Position numbers and translations under genes: made by a program
Assembly: GCA_017477685.1 (NCBI GenBank)
Contig: JAFUUT010000207.1
Location: 1 to 31,322, forward strand
Reading direction: 5' to 3'
Length of the DNA stretch: 31,322 bases
DNA from: a bacterium
GTDB lineage: Bacteria > Cyanobacteriota > Vampirovibrionia > Gastranaerophilales > Gastranaerophilaceae
The notes under the pieces: generated by a model
What the model was told of the DNA's origin: nothing
What the model saw: the letters and a program-made list of their open reading frames with translations, nothing else
Databases searched by the model: none
Shown: positions 1-8,627 of the stretch, one piece after another
Layout of the letters: each line of letters begins with the position of its first letter
Position numbering within the stretch: position 1 is the stretch's first letter

Positions 1-1
1 A

Positions 2-1048
2 TTTATTCCCGATTATGCAGGGCCTGCAACAAAAGAAATTACAGATGAAATAGTTTCAAATTTAGGCTGTGAATTTGAAAGTTCTGTTAAAGGCAAACTT
101 ATATATACCGATTTTTCGAATGCGTATTTTAAGAGAATTAATGAAATTATAGATTTCGAAAAAATAAAAAAATGTTCAAATCATTTTCATATTTTATTTG
201 ATGGTTTGTACAGTTCAAGTATAGGTTATTTTGACAAATTATTATCACAAAATGATATAAAATTTGACAGTATTCGAATGTTTCATGACGAAAATTTCGG
301 CGGTGGGATGCCGGAGCCGAAACCTCAGTATATGCAGGAAGCAATTGATTATATAAAAAGCAAGCATAATTATGCCGCTTTTGCCAATGACGGAGATGCG
401 GACAGGTTTGGTGTAATCAATGAAAACGGAGAATATGTTACCCCAAATGAAATTATGGCAATTTTACTTATGCATCTTAAACAAAACAAAAATTATTCGG
501 GTTGTCTTGTCAAGACGGTTGCAGGAAGTTTGATGCTGGATATTCTTGCTAAACATCTCGGTGTAGATGTTGTAGAAACGGCAGTGGGTTTCAAGCATGT
601 CGGCGAAGCTATGCGCAAATATAATCCGATTATTGCAGGAGAAGATTCCGGAGGATTGAGTATTCAAGGGCATATTCCCGAAAAAGACGGAATTCTTGCA
701 AACCTTTTAATAATTGAGGCTATGGCGTACAGCGGAAAGCATTTGTCCGAATTGCAAAAACAACTCAAAGATTTTGTAGGTTGCGAATTTATAAATACCC
801 GCGTAGATAAAAAGTTAGATAATTTTGATGAAGTAAATCCTACTATTGAAAAATTTTCATCAATGGATGAAATTTCCGGCATGAAAATTATTAAAAAGGA
901 CGCAAAAGACGGAGTAAAATTGTATTTCGATGATGAAAGAAGCTGGATTTTAGTCCGTCCGTCAGGTACAGAACCTCTTTTAAGAATTTATATAGAATCT
1001 GACACTCAGGATAAGATTGATAACATATTAAAAAATATACACATTTAA
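2..1048 (+). CDS. Phosphoglucomutase/phosphomannomutase family protein, 5'-truncated by the window edge
   Basis: The frame is open from position 2 (FIPDYAGPATKEIT...) through the 206..1048 ORF. Metal loop NDGDADR, sugar loop GEDSGG and C-terminal RPSGTEP are present. Confidence 0.93.
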   Translation, partial: FIPDYAGPATKEITDEIVSNLGCEFESSVKGKLIYTDFSNAYFKRINEIIDFEKIKKCSNHFHILFDGLYSSSIGYFDKLLSQNDIKFDSIRMFHDENFGGGMPEPKPQYMQEAIDYIKSKHNYAAFANDGDADRFGVINENGEYVTPNEIMAILLMHLKQNKNYSGCLVKTVAGSLMLDILAKHLGVDVVETAVGFKHVGEAMRKYNPIIAGEDSGGLSIQGHIPEKDGILANLLIIEAMAYSGKHLSELQKQLKDFVGCEFINTRVDKKLDNFDEVNPTIEKFSSMDEISGMKIIKKDAKDGVKLYFDDERSWILVRPSGTEPLLRIYIESDTQDKIDNILKNIHI

Positions 1049-1067
1049 CAATTCTTTACAATCATGC

Positions 1068-1098
1068 AAATCCACTGTTGACAGTGGATTTTGTTTGT
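1068..1098 (+). terminator. Near-perfect palindrome followed by a U-rich tract; likely terminator of the phosphohexomutase gene
   Basis: AAATCCACTGT-TG-ACAGTGGATTT then TGTTTGT, about 20 nt after the stop codon. Confidence 0.6.
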
Positions 1099-1106
1099 CA
1101 TACTAT
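1078..1106 (+). promoter_or_regulatory. Sigma70-type promoter of the S10 operon
   Basis: TTGACA (1078-1083), 17-bp spacer, TACTAT (1101-1106). Confidence 0.7.
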
Positions 1107-1112
1107 TAGTAT

Positions 1113-1212
1113 GCTCAGAGATATTGTCCGAAATATAAAGAATAGCACCCGGGACAAAAACAGGGCGTTGGCGGATTTTCGCCGGCGATATTTTTATACA
1201 AGACAGTTGAGC
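1113..1212 (+). promoter_or_regulatory. Structured 5' leader of rpsJ (candidate r-protein autoregulatory leader)
   Basis: GCTCA/TGAGC closing stem, TTGTCC/GGACAA stem and hairpin CGTTGGCG-GATTTT-CGCCGGCG (1166-1187). Confidence 0.45.
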
Positions 1213-1246
1213 AAAGTAGTACATAGAAAATAAAGGAATGCTAAAG

Positions 1247-1564
1247 ATGGCAAATAGCACAAAAAAATCAAGAATCAGAGTTTGTTTGAAAGCATATGAT
1301 CACAAACTTATTGATGTATCAGCTGAAAAAATCGTAGAAACAGCTAAAAGAACAGACGCTAAAGTAGCCGGTCCTATTCCTTTACCTACAAAAAGACGTA
1401 TATATTGCGTTTTGCGTTCCCCACACGTAGATAAAAAGTCTCGTGAACATTTTGAAATGAGAACTCACAAGCGTATTATTGATATATACGATCCGACTCA
1501 AGCCACTATGGAAGAGTTACGTAGATTAGATTTACCTGCAGGTGTAGATATCGAAGCAAAATAG
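1247..1564 (+). CDS. rpsJ: 30S ribosomal protein S10
   Basis: [22 protein letters not shown] and [19 protein letters not shown]. Start moved to ATG 1247, 9 nt after AAGGA. Confidence 0.98.
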   Translation: MANSTKKSRIRVCLKAYDHKLIDVSAEKIVETAKRTDAKVAGPIPLPTKRRIYCVLRSPHVDKKSREHFEMRTHKRIIDIYDPTQATMEELRRLDLPAGVDIEAK

Positions 1565-1774
1565 TTTGCATACGGTTCCTGCAATGAAAATTGAATAAGC
1601 ATTATGCATATAATGTGAACTACGACCGGGGAAATATTTAATAATCCCGCGGATGACGAGGTGAAAATCCTCGAAAGGTAAAGTAATAGTAGCGCTCGCA
1701 AGCGAAAATGTGCAACTTTGAAAAGAGGCAGAGGAATTCTGCATCAAGTAGGACGAGCACGGAAAGGTAAAAAT
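1565..1774 (+). other. 210-nt hairpin-rich intergenic insert, rpsJ-rplC
   Basis: Hairpins CATTAT/ATAATG, CCG-GGGA/TCCC-CGG, CGAGG/CCTCG, CGCT/AGCG and GCAGA/TCTGC separated by A-rich linkers. Confidence 0.6.
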
Positions 1775-2410
1775 ATGACACTAGGTGTAATAGGTAAAAA
1801 AGTAGGTATGACCCAAATCTTTGATGAAAATGGTTTGGCTGTCCCTGTAACTGTTATCAAAGTTGATGAAACTGTTGTTACTCAGGTAAAAACAGTAGAA
1901 ACTGACGGATACAATGCTATCCAGGTTGGTACAATTGCAGCAAAAGAAAAACATTTATCAAAGGCTCAAATGGGTCACTTTAAGAAAAACAGCTTATCTA
2001 ATTACAGACACTTACAAGAATTCAGAGTAGATAATCCTCAAGATTTCAAAGTAGGTGACAAGGTTGAGTTGTCTGTATTAGACAATGTTGAAAAAGTCGA
2101 TGTAACAGGAAAATCAATAGGTAAAGGTTTCCAAGGTACTGTAAAAAGATGGAACTTTGGCAGAGGACCTATGGCTCACGGTTCTAAAAACCACAGAGAA
2201 CCTGGTTCAATCGGCGCAGGTACAACTCCTTCACGTGTTATCAAAGGTAAAAGAATGGCAGGTAACATGGGTAATGAAAGAGTTACAATCACTAAACTTA
2301 AACTTGTTAAAGTTGATTCAAATAACGGTTTAGTATTAGTAAAAGGTTCAGTTCCTGGTTGTGAAGGAAGATTGGTAACAATCGTTCCAGCAAGAACTAA
2401 ATGGAATTAA
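1775..2410 (+). CDS. rplC: 50S ribosomal protein L3
   Basis: GVIGKKVGMTQIFD, GKGFQGTVKRWNF and GSIGAGTTPSRV. The real start is ATG 1775; the TTG extension from 1718 lies in the spacer. Confidence 0.98.
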   Translation: MTLGVIGKKVGMTQIFDENGLAVPVTVIKVDETVVTQVKTVETDGYNAIQVGTIAAKEKHLSKAQMGHFKKNSLSNYRHLQEFRVDNPQDFKVGDKVELSVLDNVEKVDVTGKSIGKGFQGTVKRWNFGRGPMAHGSKNHREPGSIGAGTTPSRVIKGKRMAGNMGNERVTITKLKLVKVDSNNGLVLVKGSVPGCEGRLVTIVPARTKWN

Positions 2411-2648
2411 AAGGCGTAAGCCGATGTGAAGTGCCGGTGTCGGTTCGCGAGTGCGAAGCGAGCAGGGCTCGAAACATAATATCTCCGCCGTTGTGAATGA
2501 AGCATAAGCGAAATGAACGAACAAATCTTTGATTTGACAGGCGGAATAACAATAACAGACAAGTTATAAAAATCCTCAAGTTGCCATATAAAACGCAAGT
2601 TGCGAAAGGGGTAACAAGCAGTAGTAAAAAGAAAAGGAAAAACAAAAA
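2411..2648 (+). other. 238-nt hairpin-rich intergenic insert, rplC-rplD
   Basis: GGC-GTAA-GCC, AGCCGA/TCGGTT, TTCGC-GAGT-GCGAA, CAAATC-TTT-GATTTG and GTTGCC/GGTAAC stems. Confidence 0.6.
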
Positions 2649-3275
2649 ATGTCAAAAGAAATTTTAAGTACAAATGGTGAAAAATTAGGCGAAATAACAT
2701 TAGCAAAAGAAGTATTTGGCGTAGAACCTAATTTACATGTAATGCACTTAGCATTAAGAAGACAATTAAACAATGCAAGACAAGGTTCAGCAAGTACAAA
2801 AACAAGAGCTGAAGTTGCAGGCGGCGGAAGAAAACCTTGGAAACAAAAGGGAACAGGACGTGCAAGAGCAGGTTCATTGCGTTCTCCATTGTTTGCAGGC
2901 GGCGGTGTAATCTTTGGGCCAAAACCAAGAAGTTACGCTTTCAATATGCCTCAAAAAGCAAGACAATTAGCTTTGAGATCTGCATTATCAGCAAAAGAAT
3001 CTCAAATTGTAGTAGTAAAGGATTTCTCTACAATTTCTGAACCAAAGACAAAGTTAATGGCAAGTGCTTTGAAATCATTAAATGTTAGCGGAAAAGTTTT
3101 AGTAGTAGCGAATACAAAAGCAGATGAAAACAAGAATTTAGAATTATCAGCAAGAAATATTCCAAGCGTAAAACTTTTATTACCGTCAAACTTGAATGTA
3201 AAAGACTTATTGGAAGCTGATTTTGTTGTTATGACTGAATCTGCAGTGAATGAAATTACAGAAAGACTTTCATAG
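2649..3275 (+). CDS. rplD: 50S ribosomal protein L4
   Basis: STKTRAEVAGGGRKPWKQKGTGRARAGS and GGGVIFGPKPR. Confidence 0.98.
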   Translation: MSKEILSTNGEKLGEITLAKEVFGVEPNLHVMHLALRRQLNNARQGSASTKTRAEVAGGGRKPWKQKGTGRARAGSLRSPLFAGGGVIFGPKPRSYAFNMPQKARQLALRSALSAKESQIVVVKDFSTISEPKTKLMASALKSLNVSGKVLVVANTKADENKNLELSARNIPSVKLLLPSNLNVKDLLEADFVVMTESAVNEITERLS

Positions 3276-3300
3276 TCACTAATAGTAAAGGAAAGTAAAA

Positions 3301-3600
3301 ATGAGTAACGAAAAATTATATGATGTAATCAAAAAACCTTTAATCACAGAAAAGTCAGTAGCAGCAACTACAAATGCTCAATATACATTTGAAGTAAAGA
3401 AAGATGCAACAAAAATTGAAATTGCTCAAGCTGTAGAATTGGCTTATCCTGGTCGTAAGGTAAAGAAAGTAAGAACAGTATATATGCCTTCACACACTCA
3501 CAGATGGCAGCGTTTTGGATACAAGTTCGGTTCATCTGACAGTTCAAAAAAAGCTATCGTAACAATTGAAGGCGATCCAATTGAATTTATGGATGTATAA
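3301..3600 (+). CDS. rplW: 50S ribosomal protein L23
   Basis: VIKKPLITEKS, YTFEVKKDATKIEI, KKAIVT and position between rplD and rplB. Confidence 0.95.
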   Translation: MSNEKLYDVIKKPLITEKSVAATTNAQYTFEVKKDATKIEIAQAVELAYPGRKVKKVRTVYMPSHTHRWQRFGYKFGSSDSSKKAIVTIEGDPIEFMDV

Positions 3601-3715
3601 TCATCCGCCCGTCAAACGGGTATTCAGGGCGTATTTGGCACAAGTCCTGAAAGGCGAAAGCCGGTGCGAAGTGCCGGCAAGTCAAAAGTAGTAGAAAGCC
3701 AAAAGGAGAAATAAA
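3601..3715 (+). other. 115-nt hairpin-rich intergenic insert, rplW-rplB
   Basis: CCCGT-CAA-ACGGG, TCAGGGC/GTCCTGA, GGC-GAAA-GCC and GCCGG/CCGGC stems. Shares a 28-nt motif with the rplC-rplD spacer. Confidence 0.6.
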
Positions 3716-4546
3716 ATGGCAATCAGAAAAATTAATCCGACGTCTCCGGGACAAAGAGGCATGACAAAAAGTGATTACCAAGAAATCACAACATCAACTC
3801 CTGAAAAATCATTGCTAAAATCATTGAATAAAAAAGCAGGAAGAAACAACACAGGTAGAATTACATGTCGTCACAAGGGCGGCGGTGTAAAAAGATCATA
3901 CCGTGTAATTGATTTCAAAAGAGAAAAATTCGGAGTAGTTGCAGAAGTAAAAACTATTGAATACGATCCGAACAGAAATGTAAGAATTTCACTATGTTTC
4001 TATGCTGATGGTGAAAAGAGATATATCTTAACACCGGAAGGATTGAATGTAGGTGATAAAATCGTGAGCGGTCCAGAAGCACCTGTACAAACAGGAAATG
4101 CACTTCCGCTTGAATTGATTCCGTTAGGTACGTTTGTTCACAATATTGAAATGACTCCTGGTCGTGGCGGAATTTTAGTAAGAGCTGCTGGTAACAGTGC
4201 TCAAGTTATGGCTAAAGAAGGTAACTATGTAACAGTCAAGCTTCCGTCAGGTGAAATGAGAATGATAAGAAAAGAATGCTTAGCAACAATCGGTGTTTTA
4301 GGCAATTCAGAATTCAAAAACTTATCAATCGGTAAAGCCGGCAGAAAGCGTTATATGGGAATTAGACCTACAGTACGTGGTGTAACAATGAACCCTTGCG
4401 ATCACCCGCACGGTGGTGGTGAAGGAAAAACAGGTCCTGGTGGAAACCCTAAAACACCTTGGGGCAAACCGGCTCTTGGTTATAAGACACGTAAAAAAGG
4501 TAAAGCGTCTGATAAATTAATTGTAAGAAGACGTAATAAGAAATAA
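3716..4546 (+). CDS. rplB: 50S ribosomal protein L2
   Basis: [22 protein letters not shown] and [17 protein letters not shown]. Confidence 0.99.
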   Translation: MAIRKINPTSPGQRGMTKSDYQEITTSTPEKSLLKSLNKKAGRNNTGRITCRHKGGGVKRSYRVIDFKREKFGVVAEVKTIEYDPNRNVRISLCFYADGEKRYILTPEGLNVGDKIVSGPEAPVQTGNALPLELIPLGTFVHNIEMTPGRGGILVRAAGNSAQVMAKEGNYVTVKLPSGEMRMIRKECLATIGVLGNSEFKNLSIGKAGRKRYMGIRPTVRGVTMNPCDHPHGGGEGKTGPGGNPKTPWGKPALGYKTRKKGKASDKLIVRRRNKK

Positions 4547-4576
4547 GATAAACTCAAGTAGATAAAGGAGAAATAA

Positions 4577-4858
4577 ATGGCACGTTCGTTAAAAAAAGGT
4601 GCATATGTAGAAGAATCTCTACAAAAGAAAATCGAAAAAATGAATGCTAACTCTGAAAAGAAAGTTATCAAAACTTGGTCAAGAGCATCAATGGTAGTAC
4701 CTGATATGTTAAACCATACAATCGCAGTACATAACGGTAAAACTCACGTACCTGTTTATATTACTGAAGAAATGGTTGGACACAAATTAGGTGAATTCGC
4801 TCCAACAAGACTTTTCAAAGGTCATGCAGGTTCTGATAAGACAGCTAAAAGAGCTTAG
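4577..4858 (+). CDS. rpsS: 30S ribosomal protein S19
   Basis: IKTWSRAS and [14 protein letters not shown]. Confidence 0.99.
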   Translation: MARSLKKGAYVEESLQKKIEKMNANSEKKVIKTWSRASMVVPDMLNHTIAVHNGKTHVPVYITEEMVGHKLGEFAPTRLFKGHAGSDKTAKRA

Positions 4859-4891
4859 TCAATCCAAAGTAATATTTGTAAATAAAGGATA

Positions 4892-5242
4892 ATGAAAATG
4901 GAAGCAAAAGCAAAACAAACAGACATAAAAATGACAGTACGTAAACTTCGCAGAGTAATTAACGAAGTTCGCGGTAAATCTGTTATTGAAGCTCTAGATA
5001 TGTTGCGTTTTATGCCATATTTTGCAGCAAGAGTAGTTGAAAAGAATTTGAAGGCTGCGATTGCTAATGCAAGAGAACAATATGGTGCAAGTGCTGAATC
5101 GCTAAAGATTTCACAAATCTTTGCAGATGAAAGTACTACATACAAACGTGCAAGAACAAGAGCACAAGGTCGTATGTACGCAAGAACAAAACGTACATCA
5201 CATTTAACTTTAGTAGTAAGTGATACAAAAATAGGAAAGTAA
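4892..5242 (+). CDS. rplV: 50S ribosomal protein L22
   Basis: [21 protein letters not shown] and RAQGR...KRTSHLTL. Confidence 0.96.
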   Translation: MKMEAKAKQTDIKMTVRKLRRVINEVRGKSVIEALDMLRFMPYFAARVVEKNLKAAIANAREQYGASAESLKISQIFADESTTYKRARTRAQGRMYARTKRTSHLTLVVSDTKIGK

Positions 5243-5246
5243 TAAA

Positions 5247-5984
5247 ATGGGACAAAAAACACATCCAACCGGATTTAGAGTAGGAATTATTCAAAGCTGG
5301 GCAAGCCAATGGTATGCTCGAGTAAGAGACTACGGAAAATTTGTAGCAGAAGATGCTAGAATAAGAAAATTCGTAAAGAAAAAGCTATACGCAGCTGGTA
5401 TTTCTAAAATATGGATTGCCAGAAAAGGCGACAAGATTACAATCACAGTTGTAACAGCAAAACCTGGTATAGTAGTTGGTCGTGGCGGACAAGGTATTGA
5501 TGATCTTCGCAAAGATGTATCAAAATACATTGGTAAAGATGTTTTAATTAATGTTGTGGAAGTTGCGAGAATTGATGCGGATGCGCAATTAGTAGCGGAA
5601 AATATTGCACAACAGTTAGAAAAACGTATAGCCTTCCGCAGAGCGATGAAACAAGCTATGCAAAGAACAATGAGATCAGGCGTTCAAGGTATCAAAGTTA
5701 TGGTATCAGGACGTTTGGGCGGTGCTGAAATTGCACGTTCCGAATGGGCAAAAGAAGGAAGAATTCCTCTTCAAACATTAAGAGCAGATGTAGATTTCGG
5801 ATTTGCAGAAGCTGATACTATTATGGGTAAAATTGGTGTTAAAGTTTGGATTTTCAAAGGCAACTTAATGCCTGGTGAAAAAGCAGATCAAAACATCAAA
5901 GTAAAATCAAACAGAGAAAACAATTCAGAAAGAGCTGGCAGACGCCCAAGAAGAGCAAAAGCTGCCTCAACTGAAGAAGCGTAA
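5247..5984 (+). CDS. rpsC: 30S ribosomal protein S3
   Basis: [33 protein letters not shown] and [11 protein letters not shown]. Confidence 0.99.
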   Translation: MGQKTHPTGFRVGIIQSWASQWYARVRDYGKFVAEDARIRKFVKKKLYAAGISKIWIARKGDKITITVVTAKPGIVVGRGGQGIDDLRKDVSKYIGKDVLINVVEVARIDADAQLVAENIAQQLEKRIAFRRAMKQAMQRTMRSGVQGIKVMVSGRLGGAEIARSEWAKEGRIPLQTLRADVDFGFAEADTIMGKIGVKVWIFKGNLMPGEKADQNIKVKSNRENNSERAGRRPRRAKAASTEEA

Positions 5985-6015
5985 TTAAGGTATAAATAAA
6001 TAGGAGCAATATAAA

Positions 6016-6435
6016 ATGTTACAGCCTAAAAAAACAAAATACCGCAAAATGATGAAAGGCAGAATGAAAGGTACTGAAACCAGAGGTACAAAGCTTGAAT
6101 TCGGTCATTATGGCTTGCAAGCAGTAGAACCTGGTTGGATTACCAGCCGTCAAATCGAGGCTGCACGTCGTGCAATGACTCGTGAAATCAAACGTGGCGG
6201 TAACGTTTGGATTAAGATATTTCCGGATAAACCTATTACTGCTAAACCTGCAGAAACTCGTATGGGTTCAGGTAAAGGTAATGTTGAATACTGGGTATCT
6301 GTTGTAAAACCAAACAGAATAATGTTTGAGTTAGAGTATTTTGATAAAGGTGTTGCTGTACATGCTTTAGAATTAGCTGCACAGAAATTGCCTATCAAAA
6401 CAAAAATTGTAGTGAAAGCTGCAGAAGAAGAATAA
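6016..6435 (+). CDS. rplP: 50S ribosomal protein L16
   Basis: [23 protein letters not shown] and [12 protein letters not shown]. Confidence 0.99.
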   Translation: MLQPKKTKYRKMMKGRMKGTETRGTKLEFGHYGLQAVEPGWITSRQIEAARRAMTREIKRGGNVWIKIFPDKPITAKPAETRMGSGKGNVEYWVSVVKPNRIMFELEYFDKGVAVHALELAAQKLPIKTKIVVKAAEEE

Positions 6436-6506
6436 TCAAACTTGCCTGATAAGATATTCAATAGGTCGAAATATTTAAGGTAAGCAACGTAAAGGAAAAT
6501 ATAAAA
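6436..6506 (+). other. 71-nt spacer containing one hairpin, rplP-rpmC
   Basis: CTTGCCT (6441) pairs with AGGTAAG (6478-6484). Confidence 0.45.
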
Positions 6507-6704
6507 ATGAAATTAAGTGAAATGCGTGAAAAAACAGTTGATGAGTTACAAAATGCAATTGTTGATTGGAAAAAGCAGTTATTAGAATCAAGATTACAAC
6601 TTGCAACTAATAAATTACAAAATACTTCAACAATTTCAAAAACAAAACGACTTATCGCTCAAGCAAAAACAATAATAACAGAGAAAGGTAAGGAAAATGC
6701 CTAA
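6507..6704 (+). CDS. rpmC: 50S ribosomal protein L29
   Basis: MKLSEMREKTVDEL...IAQAKTIITE, size and position. Confidence 0.93.
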   Translation: MKLSEMREKTVDELQNAIVDWKKQLLESRLQLATNKLQNTSTISKTKRLIAQAKTIITEKGKENA

Positions 6705-6942
6705 AAAAGAAAAACAAGGAATGGTTATAAGCAATAAAATGGACAAAACAGTAGTTGTAAAAGTTGCTGATTATGAACCACATCCGAGATACAAAAAAAT
6801 TATGGAATCAAATAAACATTATAAAGCACATGATGCTGAAAATGTTTGCAACGAAGGTGATATCGTTAGAATTGTTGAATCAAAACCAATGTCTAAAGAT
6901 AAACGCTGGACAGTTGCAGAAGTAGTAGAAAAAGCAAGATAG
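6697..6942 (+). CDS. rpsQ: 30S ribosomal protein S17
   Basis: SNKMDKTVVV, HPRYKK, AHDAEN and KPMSKDKRW. Confidence 0.98.
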   Translation: MPKKEKQGMVISNKMDKTVVVKVADYEPHPRYKKIMESNKHYKAHDAENVCNEGDIVRIVESKPMSKDKRWTVAEVVEKAR

Positions 6943-7085
6943 TTGCGTTTCGCATTGCGAAGTTCGCAAGTATCCGGTTCTGAAAATATTTCAGAGCATA
7001 TGCAAAATATCAAAGCAACATTACCATTGAGTAATGAGAGGCAAACAATTAGACCGATAAATTCGGTAAAGAAAAGGAAAGAAAA
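6943..7085 (+). other. 143-nt hairpin-rich intergenic insert, rpsQ-rplN
   Basis: TTGCGA-AGT-TCGCAA, GTTCTGAAA/TTTCAGAGC, CATTAC/GTAATG and ACCGA/TCGGT. Confidence 0.6.
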
Positions 7086-7454
7086 ATGATACAACAAGAA
7101 ACAAGACTGGTAGTTGCAGATAATACAGGCGCAAAACAATTGTTATGTATCCGTGTTATGGGCAGCTCAAATAAGAAATTTGCAGCAGTAGGAGATGAAA
7201 TAGTAGCTTCTGTAAAGGATGCAACTCCTAATATGACTGTAAAAAAAGGTGAAGTTGTACGTGCTGTTATCGTAAGAACTAAAGCAGACATCAAACGTCA
7301 AGACGGATCTGTAATCAGATTTGATGAGAATGCTGCAGTTATTATCGCTAAAGATGGCAACCCTAGAGGAACTCGTGTTTTCGGACCTGTAGCTCGTGAA
7401 TTGCGTGATAAAGGTTATATGAAGATAGTTTCTTTAGCACCTGAAGTTATTTAG
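7086..7454 (+). CDS. rplN: 50S ribosomal protein L14
   Basis: [25 protein letters not shown] and [13 protein letters not shown]. Confidence 0.99.
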   Translation: MIQQETRLVVADNTGAKQLLCIRVMGSSNKKFAAVGDEIVASVKDATPNMTVKKGEVVRAVIVRTKADIKRQDGSVIRFDENAAVIIAKDGNPRGTRVFGPVARELRDKGYMKIVSLAPEVI

Positions 7455-7554
7455 CCCTTGATAAACCTGATATCAGGTACAGGGATAAATAATCCTGAGC
7501 ATGTTTCAGGATCCCATACAAATGGGAATAGTTAGTAAATAAAAGGAAAGAACA
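7455..7554 (+). other. 100-nt hairpin-rich intergenic insert, rplN-rplX
   Basis: ACCTGATATCAGGT palindrome, ATCCTGA/TCAGGAT and CCCAT/ATGGG. Confidence 0.6.
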
Positions 7555-7893
7555 ATGAAAGATACAACTAAAAAAGACTTACATGTAAAAAACGGCGACA
7601 GAGTTGTTGTTATTGCAGGTAAAGACAAAGGAAAAATCGGCAACATCAAGAAAGTTGATCGTGTTTCCGGCAAAGTAACCGTAGAAGGTTTGAATATGGT
7701 TACTAAGGCTCAAAAACCGATGCCGCAAGCTCAAATTCAAGGCGGACTTATCAAAGTTGAGACTCCAATAGATTCTTCAAATGTAATGATAATGTGTCCT
7801 GCTTGTGAAAAAGCTACAAAACCGGCAATGAAAGTTGTTGACGGTAAAAAAGTTCGCGTTTGTAAAAAATGCGGTGAACAGCTAGATGCTTAA
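7555..7893 (+). CDS. rplX: 50S ribosomal protein L24 (two CxxC motifs)
   Basis: GDRVVVIAGKDKGKIG, SNV, CPAC and CKKC. Confidence 0.97.
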   Translation: MKDTTKKDLHVKNGDRVVVIAGKDKGKIGNIKKVDRVSGKVTVEGLNMVTKAQKPMPQAQIQGGLIKVETPIDSSNVMIMCPACEKATKPAMKVVDGKKVRVCKKCGEQLDA

Positions 7894-8034
7894 TGTATAA
7901 AATACCCCCTTGCCCACAGTGTTTGGGGTGGGAGAGGGTAGAATTTCAAAACCTATGGTTTTAGAAATTCGGGTGAGGGAATTTCCTCATCGGTAAATTA
8001 TGACATTAATACCAATAGTAAAGGAAATGGAAAA
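7894..8034 (+). repeat. 141-nt structured insert, rplX-rplE, containing a CCC..GGGAGAGGG..GGGTGAGGG palindromic repeat module
   Basis: TACCCCCTTGCCCAC...GTGGGAGAGGGTA, GAATTTC-AAAACC/GGTTTT-GAAATTC and GGGTGAGGG (7903-7979). A related module is at 16351-16382. Confidence 0.55.
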
Positions 8035-8592
8035 ATGACAAAAACAAAAGACTTAAAAACAAAATACGTTGAAGATGTAATTCCTGCTTTAAAGGAAAAA
8101 TTCGGATACAAAAATGCTCACCAAGTACCAAAAATGGTTAAAATCGTTTTAAATATGGGTGTTGGTGAAGCTTCTCACAACTCAAAAATTGCAGAAGCAA
8201 TTGAACATCAATTAACAAAAATTGCAGGCCAAAAAGCTGTAGTTACTAAAGCAAAAAAATCTATAGCATCTTATAAATTAAGAGAAGGTATGCCTGTTGG
8301 TGCAATGGCAACATTGCGTGGTGAAAGAATGTATGATTTTATGCAAAAATTAATTTGTGTAGTTCTTCCGAGAATTCGTGACTTCCGCGGTGTAAGTGCA
8401 AAGAGTTTCGACGGCAGAGGAAATTATACATTAGGTTTGAAAGAACAAGCGTTGTTCCCTGAAATTTCATACGAAGAAGTTGATTTAGTAAAAGGTATGA
8501 ACGTTTCAGTTATCACAACTGCAAAAACCGATGAAGAAGCAAGAGAATTATTAAAACTTCTCGGAATGCCATTCAAAGGTATGAATAAATAA
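8035..8592 (+). CDS. rplE: 50S ribosomal protein L5
   Basis: [29 protein letters not shown] and [10 protein letters not shown]. Confidence 0.99.
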   Translation: MTKTKDLKTKYVEDVIPALKEKFGYKNAHQVPKMVKIVLNMGVGEASHNSKIAEAIEHQLTKIAGQKAVVTKAKKSIASYKLREGMPVGAMATLRGERMYDFMQKLICVVLPRIRDFRGVSAKSFDGRGNYTLGLKEQALFPEISYEEVDLVKGMNVSVITTAKTDEEARELLKLLGMPFKGMNK

Positions 8593-8627
8593 GATAGTAA
8601 TATAAATAAATCATAAAGGAGAAATTC

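Noticed and set aside
1650-1677. Hammerhead-like string CGGATGAC-GAGG-TGAAAAT-CCTC-GAAAG in the rpsJ-rplC spacer
   Set aside because: The core should be CUGANGA directly followed by stem II; here U4 is G and there is an extra C, and no convincing stems I/III with a UH site were found. It is a near miss only; an in vitro cleavage test would settle it.
1718-1774. N-terminal extensions given by the ORF track (rplC from 1718; also 1238, 18091, 22323, 24672, 25273, 28942)
   Set aside because: Downstream ATGs have proper SD spacing and match family N-termini; the extensions lie in spacers or overlap the previous gene.
2418-2446. Resemblance to group II intron domain V (AGCCGA...TCGGTTC)
   Set aside because: Only 29 nt, with no AC bulge, no GNRA-capped upper stem, no domain VI and no RT ORF; it is intergenic.
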